Shown here one piece after another: positions 18,831 to 26,445 of a DNA stretch of 33,321 nucleotides. How positions within the stretch are numbered: position 1 is the stretch's first letter; each line of letters starts with the position of its first letter. The stretch lies in the NCBI GenBank assembly GCA_022562795.1, contig JADFOP010000002.1, forward strand, positions 62,001 through 95,321, in the 5' to 3' direction. The translations under genes and the position numbers were made by a program. Below the pieces are notes generated by a model. It was given only the letters and a program-made list of their open reading frames with translations, was not told the origin of the DNA and did not search any database. The stretch is from Nitrospinota bacterium (GTDB lineage Bacteria; JADFOP01).

Positions 18831-18862
18831 ATAGTTGACTATTTTAGACAGGAATGTATAAT
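18831..18862 (+). promoter_or_regulatory. cysK promoter overlapped by an IscR/Rrf2-type operator
   Basis: TTGACT (18835-40), 16 nt, TATAAT (18857-62). ATAGTTGACTATTTTAGACAGGAAT (18831-55) matches the IscR type-1 consensus ATASYYGACTRwwwYAGTCRRSTAT, as I recall it, at 23 of 25 positions. Confidence 0.75.
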
Positions 18863-18917
18863 AGGGGCAGAGTTTTTCGGGATTTTCCATTATTCCCCCT
18901 TTTTATGGGAGATTGCG

Positions 18918-19895
18918 ATGGGCCGGAAATGCTTTACAGACGCCTGCGACCTCATCGGAAACACTCCCCTGGTTAAGCTTCGCAGAACCACGGCGAAGGA
19001 CGGGGCAAACGTCTACGCCAAGCTGGAATTTTACAATCCAGGCGGGAGCGTGAAGGACCGGATTGCCCTGTCGATGGTTGAGGATGCCGAGCGACACGAG
19101 CTCCTCCAGCCGGGCTGGACGATCGTTGAGCCGACCAGCGGGAACACGGGAATCGGCCTGGCGATGGTGGGGGCGGTCAAGGGCTATCCCGTCGTGATCG
19201 TAATGCCGGAGGATATGACCTTTGAGCGGATCAACATCCTCAAGGCCTTCGGGGTTGAAGTGGTCTTAAGCCCTCCCGAGCAAGCCATGCAGGGAGCCGT
19301 GGATGAGGCTGGGCGGCTGCAGGCCGCAAACGAAAACTGGTTCATGCCACAGCAGTTCAACAACAGCGCGAACCCGGAGGTTCACCGACGGACAACGGCG
19401 AGAGAGATTCTCCGCTCCTTGGCCAAGGAGCCCATCCACGCCCTTGTAGCCGGCATCGGCACCGGGGGGACCATCACCGGGGTCGGCGAGGTCCTGAAGG
19501 GCCGCTATCCCGATCTATTAGTGGTCGGGGTGGAGCCTGCATCGAGCGCCGTCCTTTCGGGCAATAAGCCAGGGATGCACATGATTCAAGGCATCGGGGC
19601 GGGATTTATCCCGAAGGTGCTCAACCAACAGATCCTCGATGAGATAATGACCGTGACCGACGAGGATGCCTACCAGGCGGCCAAGCAGGTGGCTGCCGAG
19701 GAGGGGCTATTCGTCGGTATATCGGCTGGAGCCGCCTATTGGGCGACCCAGAAGGTAGCAGAACGGCTGGGACGGGGAGCGACGGTGGTGACCGTCTTCC
19801 CCGACGGGGGTGAGCGGTACCTCTCTTTTGAGCGGTATTTCAGTTGGCCTGAGCGGGAGGAAGTGGCCGCAGAGGTTTCGGCCGACGGTCGATAA
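18918..19895 (+). CDS. cysK: Cysteine synthase A (O-acetylserine sulfhydrylase)
   Basis: NPGGSVKDR, EPTSGNTGIG, QQFNN.AN, GIGTGGT, HMIQGIGAGFIP, DGGERYLS. Confidence 0.92.
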   Translation: MGRKCFTDACDLIGNTPLVKLRRTTAKDGANVYAKLEFYNPGGSVKDRIALSMVEDAERHELLQPGWTIVEPTSGNTGIGLAMVGAVKGYPVVIVMPEDMTFERINILKAFGVEVVLSPPEQAMQGAVDEAGRLQAANENWFMPQQFNNSANPEVHRRTTAREILRSLAKEPIHALVAGIGTGGTITGVGEVLKGRYPDLLVVGVEPASSAVLSGNKPGMHMIQGIGAGFIPKVLNQQILDEIMTVTDEDAYQAAKQVAAEEGLFVGISAGAAYWATQKVAERLGRGATVVTVFPDGGERYLSFERYFSWPEREEVAAEVSADGR

Positions 19896-19899
19896 TCCA

Positions 19900-19929
19900 T
19901 TGACGACCGCAGCGTCGTTGTGGTAGGTT
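19900..19929 (+). promoter_or_regulatory. Putative promoter for the riboswitch-controlled operon
   Basis: TTGACG-18 nt-TAGGTT with an extended -10 TGn. Confidence 0.4.
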
Positions 19930-19948
19930 CTGCTCTCCCATAGGATAA

Positions 19949-20061
19949 TCTTATCCAGAGCGGCGGAGGGACGGGCCCTTTGAAGCCGCAGCAACCGGCT
20001 CCCAGTCCGGGGAGTGTCCGGTGCTAAATCCCGCAGGGTCCCCGGACCTTGAAAGATGAGA
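19949..20061 (+). ncRNA. SAM-I (S-box) riboswitch aptamer
   Basis: TCTTATCCAGAG..GGAGGGACGGGCCC..GAAGCC.CAGCAACC...GGTGCTAAATCC..CAG...GAAAGATGAGA. P1 TCTTATC/GATGAGA, P2 GCGGC/GCCGC, P3 and P4 stems all pair. Confidence 0.95.
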
Positions 20062-20090
20062 AGACCCGGCCGGCCTAGCGCGTACGGGAG

Positions 20091-20120
20091 GCCTCTTCTC
20101 GCCCCGGGAAGAGGTTTTTT
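20091..20120 (+). terminator. Intrinsic terminator of the riboswitch expression platform
   Basis: CCTCTTCTC-gcccc-GGGAAGAGG then T6; the 5' arm (CTTCTC) can instead pair with GAGAAG at the P1 3' strand, forming an antiterminator. Confidence 0.88.
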
Positions 20121-20153
20121 GCTGGATGCCGGACCCGCTTAAGGGGAGGCGAT

Positions 20154-21392
20154 ATGAGTTTCGTCCTCGGTCTCAAATGTCGTGAGTGCTCGAGGGAGTA
20201 TCCAAAAGAGCCCCTTCACGTCTGCGAATACTGCTTCGGCCCCCTGGAGGTGGTCTACGACTATGAGGGCATCGGGAGGGTCATAAGCAGGGAGAGCATC
20301 GAGGCCGGCCCCAATAGCATGTGGCGCTACCGTCCTTTGCTGCCCATCGACGGTGAGCCCGCCGTGGGGCTCCACGTCGGAATGACCCCTATGATCCGGA
20401 CAAAACGCTTGGGCAAAGCCCTGGGGCTTAACAACCTCTACGTGAAGAACGACAGCGTCAATCACCCCTCATGGAGCTTCAAGGACCGGGTGGTCAGCGT
20501 CGCCATCACTAAAGCCCGGGAGTTCGGCTTCGAGGTGGTGGCCTGCGCCTCCACCGGGAACCTGGCCAACTCGGTGGCCGCCATGGCGGCTCAGGCGGGG
20601 CTCCAAAGCTACATCTTCATCCCCGCCGACCTGGAGGAGGGAAAGGTTCTGGGAACCCTCATCTATGGAGCGAATCTCATTGGTGTGAAGGGCTCCTACG
20701 ACGACGTCAACCGCCTCTGCAGCGAGATTGCCGCCAACTATCACTGGGCGTTCGTCAACATCAACATCAGGCCCTATTACGGCGACGGCTCCAAGACATA
20801 CGCCTATGAGGTCGCCGAGCAGCTCGGCTGGAGGGCGCCCGACAACATAATCGTCCCCGTGGCCGGCAGCTCTCTCATCATCAAGATCGACAAAGGGTTC
20901 AAGGAGCTAGCTTCCTTGGGGCTCATCCCTGAGGCCGCGTGCAAGGTCTACGCGGCCCAGGCGACCGGCTGCAGCCCCGTGACCACGGCGATCAAAGAGG
21001 GGGAAGACTTCTTCCGGCCGGTCAGGCCCAACACCATCGCCAAGAGCATCGCTATCGGAAACCCCGCCGACGGAATCTACGGCATCCGGGTAGTCAAGGA
21101 GACCGGCGGATGGGGCGAGGATGTAACCGACGAGGAGCTCGTCGATGGCATGAAGCTGCTCGCCGAGACGGAGGGCGTCTTTACCGAGACGGCAGGCGGC
21201 GTTGTCGTAGCGGTGGCCCGCAAGCTCGTCAAACAAGGGCGCATAGACAGCGATGACCTCACCGTGCTCTCCATTACCGGCCACGGCCTAAAGACTCAGG
21301 AGGCCGTTATCGGAAAGATCGGCACTCCTTTGCTCATCGAGCCGAGACTCAGCTCGTTCGTCGATATGTTTAATAACCCCAAGAAGGAGTAA
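20154..21392 (+). CDS. Threonine-synthase-like PLP enzyme; inferred O-phosphohomoserine sulfhydrylase (MetM-like)
   Basis: N-terminal CxxC..CxxC, SFKDR PLP lysine, CASTGNLA, FVNINIRPYYGDGSKT; lies after a SAM riboswitch and directly before a sulfur carrier. Confidence 0.75.
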   Translation: MSFVLGLKCRECSREYPKEPLHVCEYCFGPLEVVYDYEGIGRVISRESIEAGPNSMWRYRPLLPIDGEPAVGLHVGMTPMIRTKRLGKALGLNNLYVKNDSVNHPSWSFKDRVVSVAITKAREFGFEVVACASTGNLANSVAAMAAQAGLQSYIFIPADLEEGKVLGTLIYGANLIGVKGSYDDVNRLCSEIAANYHWAFVNINIRPYYGDGSKTYAYEVAEQLGWRAPDNIIVPVAGSSLIIKIDKGFKELASLGLIPEAACKVYAAQATGCSPVTTAIKEGEDFFRPVRPNTIAKSIAIGNPADGIYGIRVVKETGGWGEDVTDEELVDGMKLLAETEGVFTETAGGVVVAVARKLVKQGRIDSDDLTVLSITGHGLKTQEAVIGKIGTPLLIEPRLSSFVDMFNNPKKE

Positions 21393-21396
21393 CGCC

Positions 21397-21678
21397 ATGG
21401 CTATCACGGTGCGCATACCCACACCTCTTCAGGGCTTGACGCAGAACCGGGCCGAGGTCGATGCCAAGGGCAGCAACATCAAGGAGCTTGTGGAGGACCT
21501 TGATCGGCAGTATCCAGGCATCAAAGAGCGCATCTGCGACGAAACAGGCGCCATCCGCCGGTTCGTCAACATCTACCTGAACGATGAGGACATCAGGTTC
21601 ATCGATGGAGACTCAACTGCGGTCAGGGAGGGCGACGACGTCTCGATTATCCCCGCCATCGCGGGCGGCTCGTGCTAA
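21397..21678 (+). CDS. MoaD/ThiS/CysO family ubiquitin-like sulfur carrier
   Basis: VRIPTPL, RRFVNIYLNDEDIRF, IIPAIAGG followed by SC and stop. Confidence 0.93.
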   Translation: MAITVRIPTPLQGLTQNRAEVDAKGSNIKELVEDLDRQYPGIKERICDETGAIRRFVNIYLNDEDIRFIDGDSTAVREGDDVSIIPAIAGGSC

Positions 21679-21730
21679 GAGCCCTCTTAGGACTTAACTA
21701 CAAGCTTCGCATGGTGTGGAGATCAGAACC

Positions 21731-22711
21731 ATGACACACCGGGATACGAAAATTAGTATAGATAAGAAGACGTCGGTGAGCTACGGCAAGAGGCCCTACC
21801 GTGCAAGGGCTGTAGGGTTGCTTGGATGCGCGGGGCTCTTCATCTCCTTATTGGTATTTGGGGCGACGTCCTGGACCACCCTGACGGCCTGGGCGGCCGG
21901 GTATCCCAACGACCGGCTCCTGGTTGATACTACCTGGGTGGCCGAGCACGGGAAAGATGAGGGAGTGCGAATCCTCGACGTGCGACCTATTGGAGAGTAC
22001 ATGCAGGGTCATATCCCCGGGGCGGCTCACTTCGACGTGGCCCAGGTTAGGGTCGAGCGTGGCGGCGTAAAGGGAATGCTTCCTCCGCCTGAGGTGCTCA
22101 ACGCCATCTTCGGCGACCACGGGATCAGCCGAGAGAACACTGTTGTCCTATACGACGGGAAAGGAGGGCTTTGGGCCTCGCGCCTCTTCTTCGCCCTGGA
22201 CTACATGGGCCACCCCGACGCCCGCCTCCTAAACGGCGGGTGGCTGAAGTGGTCCCGTGAGAGACGGCCCGTAACCCGGGCCCCTGCGCGCGTGGAGCCG
22301 GCCACCTACCGCGGACGGCCCGACCCCGAGAAGCTTGCCGACGCCTCCTGGATAGTTGCCCACCTCAACGACCCGACCGTAAAATCCCTCGATACCCGGA
22401 GCGCGGGCGAGTATCTAGGCAAGGATGTTCGATCCGCCCGGGGAGGCCACATCCCTGGGGCCGTGAACGTCAACTGGGTCGAGAACGTAAGCGGACCGAG
22501 CATGGGCTTCAAATCCGCCGACGAGCTCCAGGCCATCTACACCAAGGCCGGGCTCACGCCGGACAAAGAGGTGGTGCCCTACTGCCAGAGCCACGTACGG
22601 GGCAGCCATTCCTACTTCGTCCTCAAGCTTTTGGGTTATAAGAAGCTCAGAGGCTACGACGGATCGTGGAATGAGTGGGGAAACCGATCGGACCTACCTT
22701 TGGGTAAGTAA
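21731..22711 (+). CDS. Two-domain rhodanese/sulfurtransferase with N-terminal export signal
   Basis: GHIPGA twice, LLNGG, active loop YCQSHVR, YDGSWNEWG; basic then hydrophobic N-region ending AWA-A; start uncertain (21716, 21731 or 21776). Confidence 0.88.
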   Translation: MTHRDTKISIDKKTSVSYGKRPYRARAVGLLGCAGLFISLLVFGATSWTTLTAWAAGYPNDRLLVDTTWVAEHGKDEGVRILDVRPIGEYMQGHIPGAAHFDVAQVRVERGGVKGMLPPPEVLNAIFGDHGISRENTVVLYDGKGGLWASRLFFALDYMGHPDARLLNGGWLKWSRERRPVTRAPARVEPATYRGRPDPEKLADASWIVAHLNDPTVKSLDTRSAGEYLGKDVRSARGGHIPGAVNVNWVENVSGPSMGFKSADELQAIYTKAGLTPDKEVVPYCQSHVRGSHSYFVLKLLGYKKLRGYDGSWNEWGNRSDLPLGK

Positions 22712-22743
22712 TGGGGAACGACACCTAACGTGGGCGGACGACA

Positions 22744-23631
22744 ATGAACCCTATGGATGATAATCCACTACTGGTGGAGACCGCCTGGCTCGACCTCAGG
22801 CGGAGGGACCAAGATCTAGTGATCTTGGATACGCGGCGACGGACTCAGTATCTGATGGGACACATCCCGGGGGCGGTGAGCTTTCCCATGCGGAAAGTCA
22901 CCGACGAGCGCTTCTGGAGCCCTGGCTTCCTCCCCAGCGAGGAGGAGTTGCGGCGGCGTCTGGGCTTGGCCGGATTCAGGCGCGACGATTATCTCGTGGT
23001 CTACGATGACGGGGACGGACTGGCAGCTTCCCGCGTCTTCTGGGCTCTTGATTACCTTGGCCACCCTAGGGTTAGCCTCCTAAACGGTGGGTTTTCCAAA
23101 TGGAGCTACGAGGGCCGGGGGCGCAGCCTTCGCCGCCACAAGAGGCCCAAGGCATCATATGAGGGGAGCCCAGTCCAGCAAAGGCTTGTGGGAGCTGAGT
23201 GGATCCACCACCGGTTGGCCAGCGGCCATGAGCTAGTCCTCATCGACTGCCGCTCAGCCGACGAATACACCGGAGCCCGCCGAAAGGCTGCCCGCTGTGG
23301 GCACATTCCCGGAGCCGTTCACGTTGAGTGGACGCGCAATCTGCGCGAGACGGGGCCCTGTCCCGTCTTTAGGGACCGCGAGGAGCTTTTGGCCCTCTAC
23401 CAGGGAGCGGGGGCCGACGATGGTTTGCCTCTGGTCACTTACTGCCAGGCCCAGGTTAGAGGGTCGCACACCTACTTCGTGTTACGCTGGCTTGGGTTTA
23501 AGGCGGTCTACGGCTACGAGGGCTCGTGGGGCGAGTGGGGCAATGACCCCCAGATGCCCATTGCCACCGGCGACGAGCCGGGACGCATTGTGGAGACCCG
23601 TGAGGGGGAAAGGGGCAAAGCGCCCTTCTGA
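22744..23631 (+). CDS. Two-domain rhodanese/sulfurtransferase, cytoplasmic
   Basis: GHIPGA twice, LLNGG, YCQAQVR, YEGSWGEWG; no signal peptide. Confidence 0.9.
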   Translation: MNPMDDNPLLVETAWLDLRRRDQDLVILDTRRRTQYLMGHIPGAVSFPMRKVTDERFWSPGFLPSEEELRRRLGLAGFRRDDYLVVYDDGDGLAASRVFWALDYLGHPRVSLLNGGFSKWSYEGRGRSLRRHKRPKASYEGSPVQQRLVGAEWIHHRLASGHELVLIDCRSADEYTGARRKAARCGHIPGAVHVEWTRNLRETGPCPVFRDREELLALYQGAGADDGLPLVTYCQAQVRGSHTYFVLRWLGFKAVYGYEGSWGEWGNDPQMPIATGDEPGRIVETREGERGKAPF

Positions 23632-23665
23632 CCAACATAACGCAAGACGATAAGGAAGAATATCG

Positions 23666-24598
23666 ATGTTGCACGCCAGAGGCCCAATGCTGAACGCCCC
23701 GCAGGATAGGGCGTGCCACATCTTGGAGCTGATAGGCAACACCCCGCTGCTGCGCCTCAACCATTTGGGGAGGGCCTTTCCCCGCGTGGAGATTTACGCC
23801 AAGGCGGAATGGATAAACCCGGGAGGCAGCATCAAAGACAGGCCCGCGCTTAAGATGCTTGAGGTGGCCGAAGAGACGGGCGAGCTGACAAAGGACAAGA
23901 CCATCCTCGACTCCACGAGCGGGAACACCGGCATTGCCTACGCCATGATAGCCAGTATCAAGGGCTACAGGGTCGAGCTCGTCATGCCAGCCAACGTCAG
24001 TGAGGAGCGCAAAAAGATAGTCACCGCATACGGGGCCAACATCATATACTCCAGTGCCTTGGAGGGCTCCGACGGAGCCCAGCTCAAAGCCAAGCGCCTC
24101 CTGGAGGAGTATCCTGAGAAATACTTTATGCCCGACCAATACAACAATGAGGCCAATTCGCTCGCTCACTACGAGACGACGGGGCCAGAGATTCTCGAGC
24201 AGACCGAAGGGACCATCACCCACTTCGTTGCTGGCCTCGGCACGAGCGGAACCCTCATGGGCACCGGCCGTCGACTAAAAGAGTTCAATCCCGACATCCA
24301 GCTCATCGCCGTCGAACCGAAGCACGCCCTCCACGGACTGGAAGGCTTAAAGCACATGGAGAGCTCCATCGTCCCGCAAATATACGATAGAAGTTTCCAC
24401 GACGAACTCATCCCCGTGAAAACCGAGGATGGATACGATATGGCCCGCCGGCTGGCTCATGAAGAGGGGCTGTTTATCGGCCACTCGTCCGGCGCCGTGA
24501 TGGTGGCGGTACTGGAGGTGGCCTCAAGGATCAAGGAGGGTGTGGTGGTCACTGTCTTTCCCGACGGAGGCGACCGCTACATTTCGACCAATTTTTAG
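23666..24598 (+). CDS. cysM: Cysteine synthase B-like PLP enzyme
   Basis: NPGGSIKDR, DSTSGNTGIA, DQYNN, GLGTSGT, GLEGLKHM..SIVP.IYD. Confidence 0.82.
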   Translation: MLHARGPMLNAPQDRACHILELIGNTPLLRLNHLGRAFPRVEIYAKAEWINPGGSIKDRPALKMLEVAEETGELTKDKTILDSTSGNTGIAYAMIASIKGYRVELVMPANVSEERKKIVTAYGANIIYSSALEGSDGAQLKAKRLLEEYPEKYFMPDQYNNEANSLAHYETTGPEILEQTEGTITHFVAGLGTSGTLMGTGRRLKEFNPDIQLIAVEPKHALHGLEGLKHMESSIVPQIYDRSFHDELIPVKTEDGYDMARRLAHEEGLFIGHSSGAVMVAVLEVASRIKEGVVVTVFPDGGDRYISTNF

Positions 24599-24645
24599 CC
24601 CCAATACCACCGCCCGGGCTTTTGCACGTCCACGGGAGGCGTCAC

Positions 24646-24909
24646 ATGGCCGAACGATTCGTTGACCTGACGGTCCCGGAAGCCATGATAAAAGAGCCGA
24701 TTATATATTCCTTGGGTCAGCAGTTCGACGTGGTCCCCAACATTTTCCGAGCCGACGTTACCCCAACGACCGGATGGGCGATCCTTCAGCTCGAGGGGGA
24801 GGAGTCTGAGATCGAGCGTGCCATCGAGTGGCTCCAGGGCCACGGCATCACCGTGAAGGTCGGAGGGGAGGAGCTGCTTCAAGCTCGCGACGAGGCCGAG
24901 GGCTCGTAA
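24646..24909 (+). CDS. Stand-alone NIL domain protein 1
   Basis: KEPIIYSLGQQFDVVPNIFRADV...GWAILQLEG...IERAIEWL...GITV; ATG behind GGGAGG. Confidence 0.82.
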   Translation: MAERFVDLTVPEAMIKEPIIYSLGQQFDVVPNIFRADVTPTTGWAILQLEGEESEIERAIEWLQGHGITVKVGGEELLQARDEAEGS

Positions 24910-24915
24910 GGTCCG

Positions 24916-25719
24916 ATGCGTGCAGAGTTCACAGAAGAAGAGATCCGTAGGTACGGTTGCCAGATGGTCCTGCCCGAGGTGGGCGACGTCGGCCAGGCAA
25001 AGCTCCGGGCCGCCGGTGTGCTCATAATCGGGGCTGGGGGTCTGGGCAGCCCTGTAGCCATTTACCTCGCGGCTGCGGGTGTGGGGAGACTCGGTATAGT
25101 GGACAGTGACGAGGTGGAGCTGTCGAACCTACATCGGCAAATTCTCCACACCGAGGAAGCCGTTGGCCGGCCCAAGGTTGAAAGCGCCCAGACTATGCTT
25201 GGGGAGGTCAACCCCCTGGTGGAGGTGCAGACCCATCCCATGCGCCTTCAGGCGGCCAACATTGAGGCCCTCATCGCCGGCTACGACGTCGTGGTGGACG
25301 GGAGCGACAACTTTCCGACCAAGTTCCTCGTCAACGACGCGTGCGTCTTCGCCGAAAAACCTCTCTCGCTGGCTGGTATTCACCGCTTTGAGGGCCAGGT
25401 GATGACCATCGTTCCAGGCCAGGGGCCCTGCTATCGGTGCATATTCATCGAGCCGCCCCCCGAGGGGGCCATCCCCAGCTGCGAGGAGGCCGGAGTCTTC
25501 GGGGCCGTGGCGGGCCTGGCCGGGTGCATTCAGGCGGTTGAGGTCGTAAAACTCATTCTGGGGATTGGGGAGCCTCTCGTCGGCTCCATCCTGCGCATCG
25601 ACACCCTCCGGGGCTCTTTTCGAACAGTCCCGGTCAACCGCAACCCCAACTGCCCCGTGTGCTCCGAGGAGGCGACCATTACGACGCTGGTGGACCAAAG
25701 CCTTGTCTGCAGCGAATAA
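24916..25719 (+). CDS. MoeB/ThiF family sulfur-carrier adenylyltransferase, no rhodanese domain
   Basis: GAGGLG, DSDEVELSNLHRQ, DGSDNF, CYRC, PSCEEAGV, CPVC. Confidence 0.9.
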   Translation: MRAEFTEEEIRRYGCQMVLPEVGDVGQAKLRAAGVLIIGAGGLGSPVAIYLAAAGVGRLGIVDSDEVELSNLHRQILHTEEAVGRPKVESAQTMLGEVNPLVEVQTHPMRLQAANIEALIAGYDVVVDGSDNFPTKFLVNDACVFAEKPLSLAGIHRFEGQVMTIVPGQGPCYRCIFIEPPPEGAIPSCEEAGVFGAVAGLAGCIQAVEVVKLILGIGEPLVGSILRIDTLRGSFRTVPVNRNPNCPVCSEEATITTLVDQSLVCSE

Positions 25720-25741
25720 CCCTCACGCGAAGGAGGCGGCC

Positions 25742-25984
25742 ATGGCCATCATCCGTGTGCAGCTTACCTTTCCTCAAGAGTCAGTCAAGCGGCCCGTCAT
25801 TTACGAGATCGGAAAAGAGTTCGATGTGGTAACGAACGTCCGACGGGCCAACGTCACGGCGACCTCGGGGTGGGTGGTGCTCGAGCTAAGCGGCGAGCGG
25901 GAAGAGATCGAGCGGGCCCTCGAAGGCTTTAAATCCCGTGGGGTGAGAGTCGATCCGGTTGAGGGTGATGTGGTCAGTCCATGA
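25742..25984 (+). CDS. Stand-alone NIL domain protein 2
   Basis: LTFPQESVKRPVIYEIGKEFDVVTNVRRANV...GWVVLELSG...IERAL...GVRV; ATG behind AAGGAGG. Confidence 0.82.
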   Translation: MAIIRVQLTFPQESVKRPVIYEIGKEFDVVTNVRRANVTATSGWVVLELSGEREEIERALEGFKSRGVRVDPVEGDVVSP

Positions 25985-25994
25985 GGTTGATTGA

Positions 25995-26432
25995 ATGTTA
26001 CGGGTTCCAAGCTCTATCGTTGAGGCCATGTTCGACCACGCTAAGAAAGAGGCTCCTAATGAATGTTGCGGCCTTCTTACGGGCAAGGACGGGCTGGCTA
26101 CACACCACTACCCGGCGACGAACGCCGATAGCAGCCCCACCACATACTCCATCGAGTCGCGTCAGCTCTTTGAGATTCATCGGGCTGCTCGCGACGCTGG
26201 GCTAGATATTTTGAGCGTCTATCACTCTCACACCATGACCAGGGCGTACCCGTCACCAACCGACGTCAACCGGGCCTTCTGGAATGGGACCGAGCTGGAG
26301 ACATACCCCGGGTGCATTCACCTGATCATTTCGCTGGCCGAGGGTGACGAGCCCGTCCTCAGGGGTTTTCGTATCCCCTCTCGAGAGACCATCGAAGAGG
26401 TTCCCGTCACGATTATCAGAGACACCACGTAA
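25995..26432 (+). CDS. JAMM/MPN+ (M67) metalloprotease, Mec-like carrier peptidase
   Basis: EAPNECCGLL and YHSHT....YPSPTD give the complete JAMM motif. Confidence 0.9.
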   Translation: MLRVPSSIVEAMFDHAKKEAPNECCGLLTGKDGLATHHYPATNADSSPTTYSIESRQLFEIHRAARDAGLDILSVYHSHTMTRAYPSPTDVNRAFWNGTELETYPGCIHLIISLAEGDEPVLRGFRIPSRETIEEVPVTIIRDTT

Positions 26433-26445
26433 GGAGACGAGCCCA

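Noticed and set aside
21397-25719. Molybdopterin or thiazole biosynthesis role for the carrier and MoeB
   Set aside because: No moaE or thiG nearby; sharing in trans cannot be excluded, but local context favours amino acid synthesis.
21397-26432. Ubiquitin-like conjugation or anti-phage (E1-E2-JAB) system
   Set aside because: No E2, CD-NTase or effector gene; the riboswitch, rhodaneses and PLP enzymes point to sulfur transfer.
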